Source: Nitrosovibrio sp. Nv4
GTDB taxonomy: Bacteria > Bdellovibrionota > UBA1018 > CAIMNF01
Reading direction: 5' to 3'
Assembly (NCBI GenBank): GCA_943327105.2
Contig: CALPVV020000003.1
Coordinates: 1 to 56,570 of the forward strand
DNA length: 56,570 nt
The number at the start of each line of letters is the position of its first letter. Within the stretch, counting starts at the first letter, position 1. This document shows, one piece after another, positions 37,973 to 45,983 of this stretch. Both the position numbers and the translations under genes were made by a program. Below the pieces are notes generated by a model that made no database searches, was not told the DNA's origin, and saw only the letters and a program-made list of their open reading frames with translations.

Positions 37973-39363
37973 GGATACTCCCTGTTCGATTGCAATTGTT
38001 CAACAGCATGGGCTGAGATGTGGTTTCTGGGTAAGGGAAGAAAGCCCTTCGGGATGTCGCTTGATATGCGTTGCATCGGCTCTTTGGGTGGCTCACGCTG
38101 GGGTAGAAGAACAGCGACGAGTTCAGATCGGTTTTTCTGAAAATCTTCGCTTCCGAAAAGTTTTCCGATGATTGGAATTTCAGAAATGCCGTAAATGCCC
38201 CTGATTTTATCGCGGGTATCTTCTTGTAATAAACCGGAGAGTAAAAGTGGACGCCCCATTTTTCCTTCAACCGTAGTCTTGATTCGATTGGTTTTGATGC
38301 TGGGGATTTCATCGATGCTCATCGCCTTGTTCTGATGGTTCATTTCAGTTTCGATGGTGAGCCGAACATTTTCACCGTTGTATTCCTTCACGTCGAGCTT
38401 CAGGGCGAGTCCGATGTTTTTCCAGATGACATTGTCTGAGATTCTGCTGCGTAGTCTTATCGGCATTTCTCCGCCGGCAAAGAGTTCGGCCTGGCCCGGA
38501 GATTTCACCACCAGTTCGGGTGCAGAGAGAACCCGAACCATTCCTCGTTCACTCAGAGCATGAATCGATGCGCTCAGTGATTGAGAGAAGATTGATTGAA
38601 GAGGGAAGGGTTGGGTGATTTCAGTGCCGAGATGCGAAGTGAATTCCTTTTGAACTTCCAGTAGAAAAACCTTGAAGTAAAGGGTCGGTGAAAATCCTTG
38701 GAATGTTTGTATTTCAAACTCTGCTAACGGTTGAATAGCTCTGATTTTTTTCTGGATGGCTTGGGCTGTGGTTTGATTCGGAACCGCACCTTGAATCAAG
38801 ATCATGTTTTCACGAGAGTCCAGGCTGAGTTGTGGATAGCTTTTCAGCGCTTCGGTGATCTGTGATTTGTTCTGCTCAAACCAGATCGGTGAGATGTGGG
38901 TTTCATCGATGATGAAAGTGAAAAAGTTCCGTTTGAGGTGAGCGATGGCCAAGGCTTCTTTTGGGTTTTTGACTTCACCCCGAAGAATCATGTGTGAACC
39001 ACCGTCGATCGTTTCGGTCGATTCAAGCATGTTCAATGCCTGTAAAAATGCTTTTGGGTAGATGGTGTCTGGAATGCTTTCTACACGGATGTTCTGGGTG
39101 GTGGTTTCGCCGTTGTGGGTGATTAAAAAGGTCGAGAATCCCTTGGCGACCGCTTTGATCAGAAGCTGGTTTTGCAGGGGTAGGCGGGTATATCGAATTG
39201 CGGTTCCGCTGACCGAGTATCGGTCTAGAGGGGGGAGGCTAAGCAGGCGCTGTTCGCCGAGTTTTAAAAACAAGGGTGGCTTTTCTGCAGCCAATCCAGC
39301 GGTATTTCCAAAGGCTAAAATCAGCGCTGAGGATAAAAACAGATTCAATTTTTTTACTTTCAT
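37957..39363 (-). CDS. RcpA/CpaC-type secretin
   Basis: Signal peptide, BON-like segments, VLSAPELV, GGEMPI, LLSGLL, IPIIGKLFGS..F....SELV. Confidence 0.88.
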   Translation of the reverse strand: MKVKKLNLFLSSALILAFGNTAGLAAEKPPLFLKLGEQRLLSLPPLDRYSVSGTAIRYTRLPLQNQLLIKAVAKGFSTFLITHNGETTTQNIRVESIPDTIYPKAFLQALNMLESTETIDGGSHMILRGEVKNPKEALAIAHLKRNFFTFIIDETHISPIWFEQNKSQITEALKSYPQLSLDSRENMILIQGAVPNQTTAQAIQKKIRAIQPLAEFEIQTFQGFSPTLYFKVFLLEVQKEFTSHLGTEITQPFPLQSIFSQSLSASIHALSERGMVRVLSAPELVVKSPGQAELFAGGEMPIRLRSRISDNVIWKNIGLALKLDVKEYNGENVRLTIETEMNHQNKAMSIDEIPSIKTNRIKTTVEGKMGRPLLLSGLLQEDTRDKIRGIYGISEIPIIGKLFGSEDFQKNRSELVAVLLPQREPPKEPMQRISSDIPKGFLPLPRNHISAHAVEQLQSNREYPWNVL

Positions 39364-39388
39364 AAAGGCTCCCTTGGGGGTGCTTTGA

Positions 39389-39403
39389 GCAACTTATAGG
39401 CCA
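39389..39403 (-). promoter_or_regulatory. Sigma54 -24/-12 promoter for secretin-tadA
   Basis: TGGCCTATAAGTTGC on the minus strand, 25 nt before the ATG, with GGGAG RBS. Confidence 0.75.
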
Positions 39404-39485
39404 TTTTGGGTTGACTTTTTTGGGGAGGAAGGTTAGCAAAGTAACTTAGTCAAATTTATAAGTTTTTTTTACTAAGGAGAATGCA

Positions 39486-39611
39486 ATGTCATCACGTACA
39501 GGTAAAACCAGAATGGCTCGTAAAGTTAAAGTTGCTCGCACAGGAAAAGTGCGCAAACGCAAAGAGCAAAACAAAGGAACAACTCCAAAGTTCCCAATCC
39601 ACAAGAAATAG
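39486..39611 (+). CDS. Small highly basic protein, 41 aa (ribosomal-protein-like)
   Basis: AAGGAG RBS; MSSRTGKTRMARKVKVARTGKVRKRKEQNKGTTPKFPIHKK; codons CGT/GGT/GTT/GCT/AAA as in metK. Confidence 0.85.
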   Translation: MSSRTGKTRMARKVKVARTGKVRKRKEQNKGTTPKFPIHKK

Positions 39612-39664
39612 TTTTAAGAAGTAGTTTTTCGCATTTTAACCACCGTTAACGAGAAATAAGCAGC

Positions 39665-40831
39665 ATGGCTATCGAAACACTTTTTACATCAGAATCCGTA
39701 ACTGAAGGACATCCGGATAAAATAGCAGACCAGGTTTCTGATTCTGTATTGGATGCAATCTTGTCACAAGACCCTAAGGCTCGTGTAGCATGTGAAACAC
39801 TGGTGACGACCGGTTTGGTAGTGGTTGCTGGTGAAGTGACAACGAATGCTCGTGTTGATTATGCTCATGTTGCTCGTGATGCAATTCGTAGAATTGGTTA
39901 CGATGACTCTGCAAAAGGCTTTGATGCCAATACTTGCGGTGTGATGGTCACTCTTGATCGTCAAAGCCCAGATATCGCGCAAGGTGTGACGGTTGGTCTT
40001 GGTTTGCACAATCAAACTGAGCAAGGCGCTGGTGACCAAGGAATCATGTTTGGTTACGCGGTGAATGAAACGCCTGAATTGATGCCACTGACTATCGCTA
40101 TGTCTCAACAATTGGCGATGAAGCTTTCTCAAGTGCGCAAAAATGGTACCTTGCCTTGGCTCCGTCCTGATGGAAAAACCCAGGTAACTGCACGTTACGT
40201 TGATGGTAAGCCAGTAGCGATCGATGCTGTTGTAGTTAGTACTCAGCATGCTGAGAGCATTTCACATGCCCAAATCGTTGAAGCTGTGATGGAAGAAGTG
40301 ATTAAGAAAACCATTCCAGCAAATCTTCTTGATTCAAAAACCAAATATTTCATCAATCCAACTGGTCGTTTTGTGATCGGTGGCCCAATGGGTGATTGCG
40401 GTTTGACTGGTCGTAAAATCATCGTTGATACCTACGGCGGACACGGCGCGCACGGTGGTGGGGCATTCTCAGGAAAAGATCCTTCTAAAGTAGACCGTTC
40501 TGCATGTTACATGGCTCGCTACGTTGCGAAGAACATTGTTGCAGCAGGCCTTGCTGATCGTTGTTTGGTTCAATTGGCTTATGCGATTGGTGTTGCTGAA
40601 CCGGTCAGTGTTCACGTGAATGCTTACGGAACTGAAAAAGCATCTTTGAATAAAATTGAAGCTGCTGTGAAAAAAGTATTCCGCCTTACTCCTCGTGGAA
40701 TCATTGAGACGCTTGATCTTCTTCGTCCGATCTACACCAAGACAGCTGCATATGGACACTTTGGTCGTATGGAGCCTGAGTTTACTTGGGAAAAGACCGA
40801 TAAGATTGAAGCACTCAAGGCTGCTCTTTAA
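39665..40831 (+). CDS. metK: S-adenosylmethionine synthetase
   Basis: [37 protein letters not shown]. Confidence 0.99.
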   Translation: MAIETLFTSESVTEGHPDKIADQVSDSVLDAILSQDPKARVACETLVTTGLVVVAGEVTTNARVDYAHVARDAIRRIGYDDSAKGFDANTCGVMVTLDRQSPDIAQGVTVGLGLHNQTEQGAGDQGIMFGYAVNETPELMPLTIAMSQQLAMKLSQVRKNGTLPWLRPDGKTQVTARYVDGKPVAIDAVVVSTQHAESISHAQIVEAVMEEVIKKTIPANLLDSKTKYFINPTGRFVIGGPMGDCGLTGRKIIVDTYGGHGAHGGGAFSGKDPSKVDRSACYMARYVAKNIVAAGLADRCLVQLAYAIGVAEPVSVHVNAYGTEKASLNKIEAAVKKVFRLTPRGIIETLDLLRPIYTKTAAYGHFGRMEPEFTWEKTDKIEALKAAL

Positions 40832-40861
40832 TCAATAGCTCAAACTAAAGGTGGCCTCTTC

Positions 40862-41074
40862 GTGTTGGTACTCATTTGGCTTTATCCTGCAATCGCATTT
40901 TGTGTGTCCGTGATCATGTTTGATCTGGCAAGAACCACAAAAAAGCACGGACAAAAGGTCTGGATGCTTTTTGCTCTTATTTCATTGGTATTTGTGACTG
41001 GCATTGTATTGTGGTTCGCCTATCGGGGCGATTTGAATGCGCAGAAGTGGGCCAAAGAATGGGCGCATCGCTAG
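40862..41074 (+). CDS. Small two-TM membrane protein
   Basis: AGGTGG RBS, GTG start, two hydrophobic helices, terminator follows. Confidence 0.7.
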   Translation: MLVLIWLYPAIAFCVSVIMFDLARTTKKHGQKVWMLFALISLVFVTGIVLWFAYRGDLNAQKWAKEWAHR

Positions 41075-41102
41075 TTTTTTATTTATATTTTATTTGAATA
41101 CG

Positions 41103-41136
41103 AACCCTGTATCTTTTTGAAGTTACAGGGTTTTTT
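41103..41136 (+). terminator. Rho-independent terminator
   Basis: AACCCTGTA...TACAGGGTT then TTTT. Confidence 0.85.
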
Positions 41137-41150
41137 GTTATTATTGTTGA

Positions 41151-41219
41151 TGGCGGATTTCGTCAAAATAAAATTTTCAAGAAAAGTTTTTGACAGTGCG
41201 ACAATTTCTGCCTTACCCT
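41151..41219 (+). promoter_or_regulatory. Sigma70 promoter with two ftr-like palindromes
   Basis: TTGACA(41190)-18-TACCCT(41214); TGGCGGATTTCGTCA (41151-65) and CGACAATTTCTGCCT (41199-213). Confidence 0.6.
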
Positions 41220-41308
41220 AAATATGGCTGACACGCTCAGGATTCAAAAAGGATGAATGACTCCTGAAATCAGATAAAAAAACAAAAAACTCACGGAAGG
41301 AGTTTACC

Positions 41309-42274
41309 ATGTTAGAGACGACAAACCCTATTCAGACCGCTTTCTCCGCAGGAATGACCGCGGAAGACACCAACTTGATTGAAAAAGCCGCTACTACAGA
41401 ACAAGGCGTTCTGATCACTGGCGAAATGGGCACAGGTAAAGAAATCGTTGCCCGTATCATTCATAACCGTTCTTCTCGCGCAGCTAAAAATTTTGCAGTA
41501 ATCAATTGTGCGTTGAGTGGCGAGGTTCTTGAAACTGAGTTTGTTTCTAAGATTGAAAACTCTGCTGGCGGAACAATTTACTTTGAAGAGATCAATGAAC
41601 TTCCACTTCACCTTCAAGCAAAACTGGTTCAAAACAACTATCCAGTACGCATCATCGCTTCTTCAAGCATTTCTCTTCAATCGTTGGTAACTGAGAAGCT
41701 TTTCCGTTCTGACCTTTTCGCTAAAGTTAACTTTGTGGCTTTGAATGTGCCTTCACTTCGTGATCGCGTATCTCAAATTCCAGTTCTCGTTCGCACTTAC
41801 ATCGAGAAATACAACAAATTGACCGGTTCAAATGTTGCTACTACTCCAGCACCTGAAGCGCTTGATGCATTCACTAGCTACACTTGGCCAGGAAATGCTC
41901 GCGAGCTTGAGCATGTGATCGAGCGTATCGTGATCATGAAAGGTCAAGGCATCATCGATGCTAACGATATCCCTGCTAAAATCTATCAATCTACCCAATC
42001 TGCTCAATCAGGTTTCGGCGCGATTGCTGATCTTGATTTCCCTCGCATGTTCTTGCCAGAAAAAGGTCTTGATCTGAAAGCAGTTGTGGCTGCATTCGAA
42101 AATCACCTTGTTGACCAAGCGTTGACTCGCACTAACGGCAACAAAAACCGCGCTTCAATGCTTCTTGGCTTGAACCGTACCACTCTTGTTGAAAAACTCC
42201 GTAAGCGTGGAATGATCACTCCGTTGAAATCTTCAATGGACATGAGAAATTCTGGAAACGGTAGCCAAGAGTAA
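41309..42274 (+). CDS. NtrC-family AAA+/Fis-HTH regulator, FleQ/FlrA-like HTH, lacking GAFTGA and receiver domain
   Basis: GEMGTGKE, WPGNARELE, HTH LNRTTLVEKL; LETEF-VSKIE junction where GAFTGA normally sits; Walker B YFEE. Confidence 0.88.
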   Translation: MLETTNPIQTAFSAGMTAEDTNLIEKAATTEQGVLITGEMGTGKEIVARIIHNRSSRAAKNFAVINCALSGEVLETEFVSKIENSAGGTIYFEEINELPLHLQAKLVQNNYPVRIIASSSISLQSLVTEKLFRSDLFAKVNFVALNVPSLRDRVSQIPVLVRTYIEKYNKLTGSNVATTPAPEALDAFTSYTWPGNARELEHVIERIVIMKGQGIIDANDIPAKIYQSTQSAQSGFGAIADLDFPRMFLPEKGLDLKAVVAAFENHLVDQALTRTNGNKNRASMLLGLNRTTLVEKLRKRGMITPLKSSMDMRNSGNGSQE

Positions 42275-42311
42275 TTCTTGGTAGTCTGATTTGATTTAAA
42301 GCGTGTTTGTC

Positions 42312-42348
42312 AGAAAGCCCCATTGTTATACAATGGGGCTTTTCTTTT
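42312..42348. terminator. Bidirectional Rho-independent terminator
   Basis: AAAGCCCCATTGT-TAT-ACAATGGGGCTTT between convergent genes. Confidence 0.9.
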
Positions 42349-42388
42349 GGGAGAGAGCCGGGGATTGGCTCAATTAAATTTTAAAAAA

Positions 42389-42823
42389 TTAGAAAGATAG
42401 TTCTGTTTCTTCAATAGGGCTGCCGACAAATACCGAATAGCCATTGCGGTCTTGAATGCGAACCAGAGTTGAATTGTTTGCGGTTTGATCGATGGTGACC
42501 ACGGTCTTGGTGGGGTTCAAAGTATTCTCATTTTGAATGGGAAGAATGCCTTCTGCCACGATTTGGGAGCCCATCTTTTTAAGTGTCAGTGTGTATTGTC
42601 TCAGCATTTCGGTGCAAGGAAAGGCGATGCTGCAGTCCGAATTCAAAGTGATTTTCAAGGTGCGTGTTGATGAGTTGATGAGGATTTTATTTTGAATCAT
42701 GGCCTGAAGAACTTGATGTTCTTGGCGGAGGTTTGCCGCTTGGTTTACTCGTACCATGTATTGTTTCGCTTCAGCGAATGTGGTTTGAAACAAAACAGCA
42801 GCAATGATTAAAATCGTTTTCAT
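42389..42823 (-). CDS. Secreted hypothetical protein
   Basis: Signal peptide ending AEA; CSIAFPC. Confidence 0.75.
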   Translation of the reverse strand: MKTILIIAAVLFQTTFAEAKQYMVRVNQAANLRQEHQVLQAMIQNKILINSSTRTLKITLNSDCSIAFPCTEMLRQYTLTLKKMGSQIVAEGILPIQNENTLNPTKTVVTIDQTANNSTLVRIQDRNGYSVFVGSPIEETELSF

Positions 42824-42945
42824 GCCGCTCTTTTAATCACATGAGGCAGGAGAAGGATAAATTATTCATTTTTAAGATCACCAATCAGTTAAACTGAAAT
42901 GGTTGAGTTTGTCTGTAAGTGCTTAAAACTAAAGGCCTTATTCTT

Positions 42946-43749
42946 TTACTCTTTGGCTTCTTTATTGTCTTTGATGGTTTGGCGAATCAGGTTTCTCATG
43001 ATTCGATTACGGTTTGCTTGGCCGACGAGTGCTTTGGCGTCGTCATATAGCGCGGGGTCGTTGATGAATGCACCCAGGGTGCCTTGCCCGTGATCTACTT
43101 TTTCTAAAATGGCGTCAAGGTGGTTAACCGCGCTCTTGAGTTTCATTTGGCTCAATTCCTGGTTCAGTTTCGAGCTGATCTCACTCATGTTTTTCGAAGT
43201 GGTCGAGAGCCCTTTGAAAAACTCCTCTGCACGATTACCTTTATTGAAAGAGGTGAGAATGCGTTCGAAGCTTTCTGCCGTTGCGGTCACTTTTTCCATC
43301 AGTCGTTCACTTGAGGTCATCAACATGGAAAAGTCTTTGCTGCTTCCTTGAGGAATTTCAGCGTTGTTCTCGATTTCAGGCTGATTCGGATCTCCGGCAA
43401 CCATTGAAAGGTATTTGTCTCCAAGCACACCTTGGGTGACGAGCTCAACACTTGATTCTTTACGAATCCACTGCGCATATTCACGTTCAATCGTATAGGT
43501 GACCTTGATGTCGCGGGTTAGCGGATCAAGCTCAACCGAAGATACGGTTCCGATCTTGAAACCACCCAGAGTGATTTTTGCGCCACTCACGAGTCCGTCG
43601 ACCTTGCTGAAGTGGGTGTGGTAATGGTTTACCTTTGTGAAAAAGCTCTGTTTTCCGCCTAAAACGAGTAGTGCAGTGAGTGCGAGAAAAAGCCCTCCGA
43701 GCACGAAGACCCCGACTTTCTTTTCGATTTTTTTCTCATCAGCTTTCAT
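42946..43749 (-). CDS. mlaD: MCE/MlaD family protein
   Basis: N-terminal TM, GLVSGAKITLGGFKIG, TQGVLGDKY, GQGTLGAFINDPALY. Confidence 0.9.
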   Translation of the reverse strand: MKADEKKIEKKVGVFVLGGLFLALTALLVLGGKQSFFTKVNHYHTHFSKVDGLVSGAKITLGGFKIGTVSSVELDPLTRDIKVTYTIEREYAQWIRKESSVELVTQGVLGDKYLSMVAGDPNQPEIENNAEIPQGSSKDFSMLMTSSERLMEKVTATAESFERILTSFNKGNRAEEFFKGLSTTSKNMSEISSKLNQELSQMKLKSAVNHLDAILEKVDHGQGTLGAFINDPALYDDAKALVGQANRNRIMRNLIRQTIKDNKEAKE

Positions 43750-44507
43750 CGGATATGGGCTCCTGTGGTGAATGATCTCACGAGTGGATTTTCAGAGTTT
43801 TTCATCTCTTCCGGGGTGAGAATCAAGTTGATCTTGCCTTCATGAAGAATCGCGATGCGGTCGCAGATCTTGAAGGCTGCTGGAATGTCATGGGTGACGA
43901 AAATGCCCGTCATGCCCCTGCGTTTGAATGAAAGGATGTTGTTCAAAAGGCGTTCGGTATTGACCGGATCAAGGCCTGCAGTAGGTTCGTCGAACAAGAC
44001 GATTTTCGGTTCTAGAATGATTGCGCGTGCAAGTCCGGCACGCTTTTGCATTCCGCCTGAAAGTTCGTTTGGTAGTAGTTTGTTTGAGCCTTTCATGTCG
44101 ATCAGTTCGAGCATGTGATTCACTTTTTCGCTGATTTCGACCTTGGTCAGGTGGGCATGGGCCTTTAAAGGGTAAGCAAGATTTTCTTCAACGGTAAGAG
44201 AATCGAATAAGGCGCCATTTTGGAATACGTAGCTGATTTTGGTGCGTACCTCGAAGAGTTCTTTTTCAGTAAGCTCGGCAAGGTTCATGTTATCGAAAAT
44301 GATTTCGCCTTCATCGGGTGATTCAAGGCCGATAATTGAACGAAGAACCACGCTCTTACCTGTTCCAGAGCCGCCAAATAATCCGAGAATTTCGCCTTGT
44401 TTTAAATCAAAGCTGACGCCTCTATGCACGTGTTTGTTGCCGAAGCTTTTATGGAGGTTGTGAATCCGCAGTGCCGGCTCCTGAGGAGCGGTTTTGGTAT
44501 CGAGCAT
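43746..44507 (-). CDS. mlaF: MlaF-type ABC ATPase
   Basis: GGSGTGKS, FQNGALFDSL, LSGGMQKRAGLARA, DEPTAGLDP. Confidence 0.93.
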   Translation of the reverse strand: MLDTKTAPQEPALRIHNLHKSFGNKHVHRGVSFDLKQGEILGLFGGSGTGKSVVLRSIIGLESPDEGEIIFDNMNLAELTEKELFEVRTKISYVFQNGALFDSLTVEENLAYPLKAHAHLTKVEISEKVNHMLELIDMKGSNKLLPNELSGGMQKRAGLARAIILEPKIVLFDEPTAGLDPVNTERLLNNILSFKRRGMTGIFVTHDIPAAFKICDRIAILHEGKINLILTPEEMKNSENPLVRSFTTGAHIR

Positions 44508-44509
44508 AT

Positions 44510-45313
44510 TCAGTATTTGGGATACACCGTCAGGAAGAAAAGTTTGGTCAAGAAGAAGTCAGCAATCATGATGAAGATCGAACTAGTGACCACGACCCAA
44601 GTGGTGGTGCGACCGACCCCTTCGGTTCCGCCCTCGGTGTTCAGACCTTTCCAGCAAGATGCGATTGCGATAAAAAACGCAAATACGGCGGTTTTTGCTA
44701 GTCCTGTGACCAGATCGGTGAGGGTTAATGTTTCAAATGTTTTAGTCACGAAAAACTCAATATCGATATTGAGTTCGAATTTTGCGATCAACATTGCGCC
44801 GATGAGTCCGACGTAATCGCCCATCAGAGTGAGTAAGGGAAGTGCGATCAGGCATGCAATCAGGCGTGGAATCACGATTTTTTGAATGGGTGAGGTACCG
44901 AGTGCTCGGATTGCATCGATTTGTTGGGTGACTTTCATGGAGGCGATTTCAGAAGCCATGCCCGACCCGATTCGGCCTGCAACCAAAAGACTGACAAAAA
45001 CTGGGCCCATTTCACGTAAAATGGCAAGGGAAGTGAGTTTGGGGACGTATAAGGTGCCGCCGAAGCGGGCCAAACCCTGACCGAATTGAAGTGCCATGAC
45101 AGAGCCGGTGGCAAGGCCGGTGATGAGCACCAGCACAAAAGATTGAACACCAATCGAGTAAAGTTGCTCGAAAACTAGTCTGGTTGGAAAGGGGAGTGTG
45201 AAAAGTTCTTCTATCGATTTCCAGGTCAGGCGGGTAAAGCCGCCGGCAAAATGAATGGCTCGACCAAGTGTTTCTTCTATTCCTAAATCGTGTGAGATTT
45301 TTTGCAGGTTCAC
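44510..45313 (-). CDS. mlaE: MlaE permease
   Basis: REMGPV, AGRIGS, MKVTQQIDA, GGTEGVG. Confidence 0.93.
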   Translation of the reverse strand: MNLQKISHDLGIEETLGRAIHFAGGFTRLTWKSIEELFTLPFPTRLVFEQLYSIGVQSFVLVLITGLATGSVMALQFGQGLARFGGTLYVPKLTSLAILREMGPVFVSLLVAGRIGSGMASEIASMKVTQQIDAIRALGTSPIQKIVIPRLIACLIALPLLTLMGDYVGLIGAMLIAKFELNIDIEFFVTKTFETLTLTDLVTGLAKTAVFAFFIAIASCWKGLNTEGGTEGVGRTTTWVVVTSSIFIMIADFFLTKLFFLTVYPKY

Positions 45314-45852
45314 TTGATGTTCAGTTTATCACGGAAACTCTTAAATACTGCAAGATCTTGCAAAAAGGTTTTGGTGGGGCTGAGAAAGATCAGGTCATAA
45401 ACGCAAGTCGGTGTTTTGACGACAACGGTCTGAAATTTGCGTTTTCGATTGAAATAGAAACCTTCAGCGGTGGTTTCGAGAGCCTTGAGGCCTGAAATGG
45501 TGATTTCTTTCTGGGTTATGTTTTCAAGATCCCGCCATTGAGTCAAAAGGTCATTTGAAATATCGCTCAATTCACGTTCGGTAGCGCCATTGCATGCAGA
45601 ATTCAAGGATATAACCGATGCGGTTTTGACGGACTGCCAGGCACGATCGGGAGCGTCGTTTTGAGGGACGCCCGCGACCAGGTCGACCCTTCGCCAAGCG
45701 GGGTCAAGAGTTTCAAGTGCAACTGCTTGGATGTTTTGTGATTTTTGGTCAACGGGATCAACCGTACCGACAAGAAGATGGCTCAGGCTGCAGCCAGTTG
45801 GTAAAGAAAGAGTCAAAAATACAACAATTGATGTGTAAAAATGTGATTTCAT
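45310..45852 (-). CDS. Lipoprotein, possibly PsbP/DcrB-like
   Basis: Lipobox LPTGC; SLNSAC...CVYDL; GTGA overlap with mlaE. Confidence 0.7.
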   Translation of the reverse strand: MKSHFYTSIVVFLTLSLPTGCSLSHLLVGTVDPVDQKSQNIQAVALETLDPAWRRVDLVAGVPQNDAPDRAWQSVKTASVISLNSACNGATERELSDISNDLLTQWRDLENITQKEITISGLKALETTAEGFYFNRKRKFQTVVVKTPTCVYDLIFLSPTKTFLQDLAVFKSFRDKLNIK

Positions 45853-45913
45853 CTACTTATTCAAAATTTAGCAGAATTAAATCGGAAATGCGAAATCTTT
45901 CATTGATCGTACA

Positions 45914-45928
45914 CGGCAGATTCTGCCA
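45914..45928. promoter_or_regulatory. ftr-like palindrome upstream of the flagellar operon
   Basis: CGGCAGATTCTGCCA, perfect GGCAGA-T-TCTGCC dyad. Confidence 0.65.
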
Positions 45929-45983
45929 CAATAGGAAATAGGTACCGGGTATAAGATGCCTAACAACACTGCTATGGAAGGGA

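Noticed and set aside
39612-39664. SAM riboswitch before metK
   Set aside because: Only 53 nt after the small ORF, with no recognisable SAM riboswitch core
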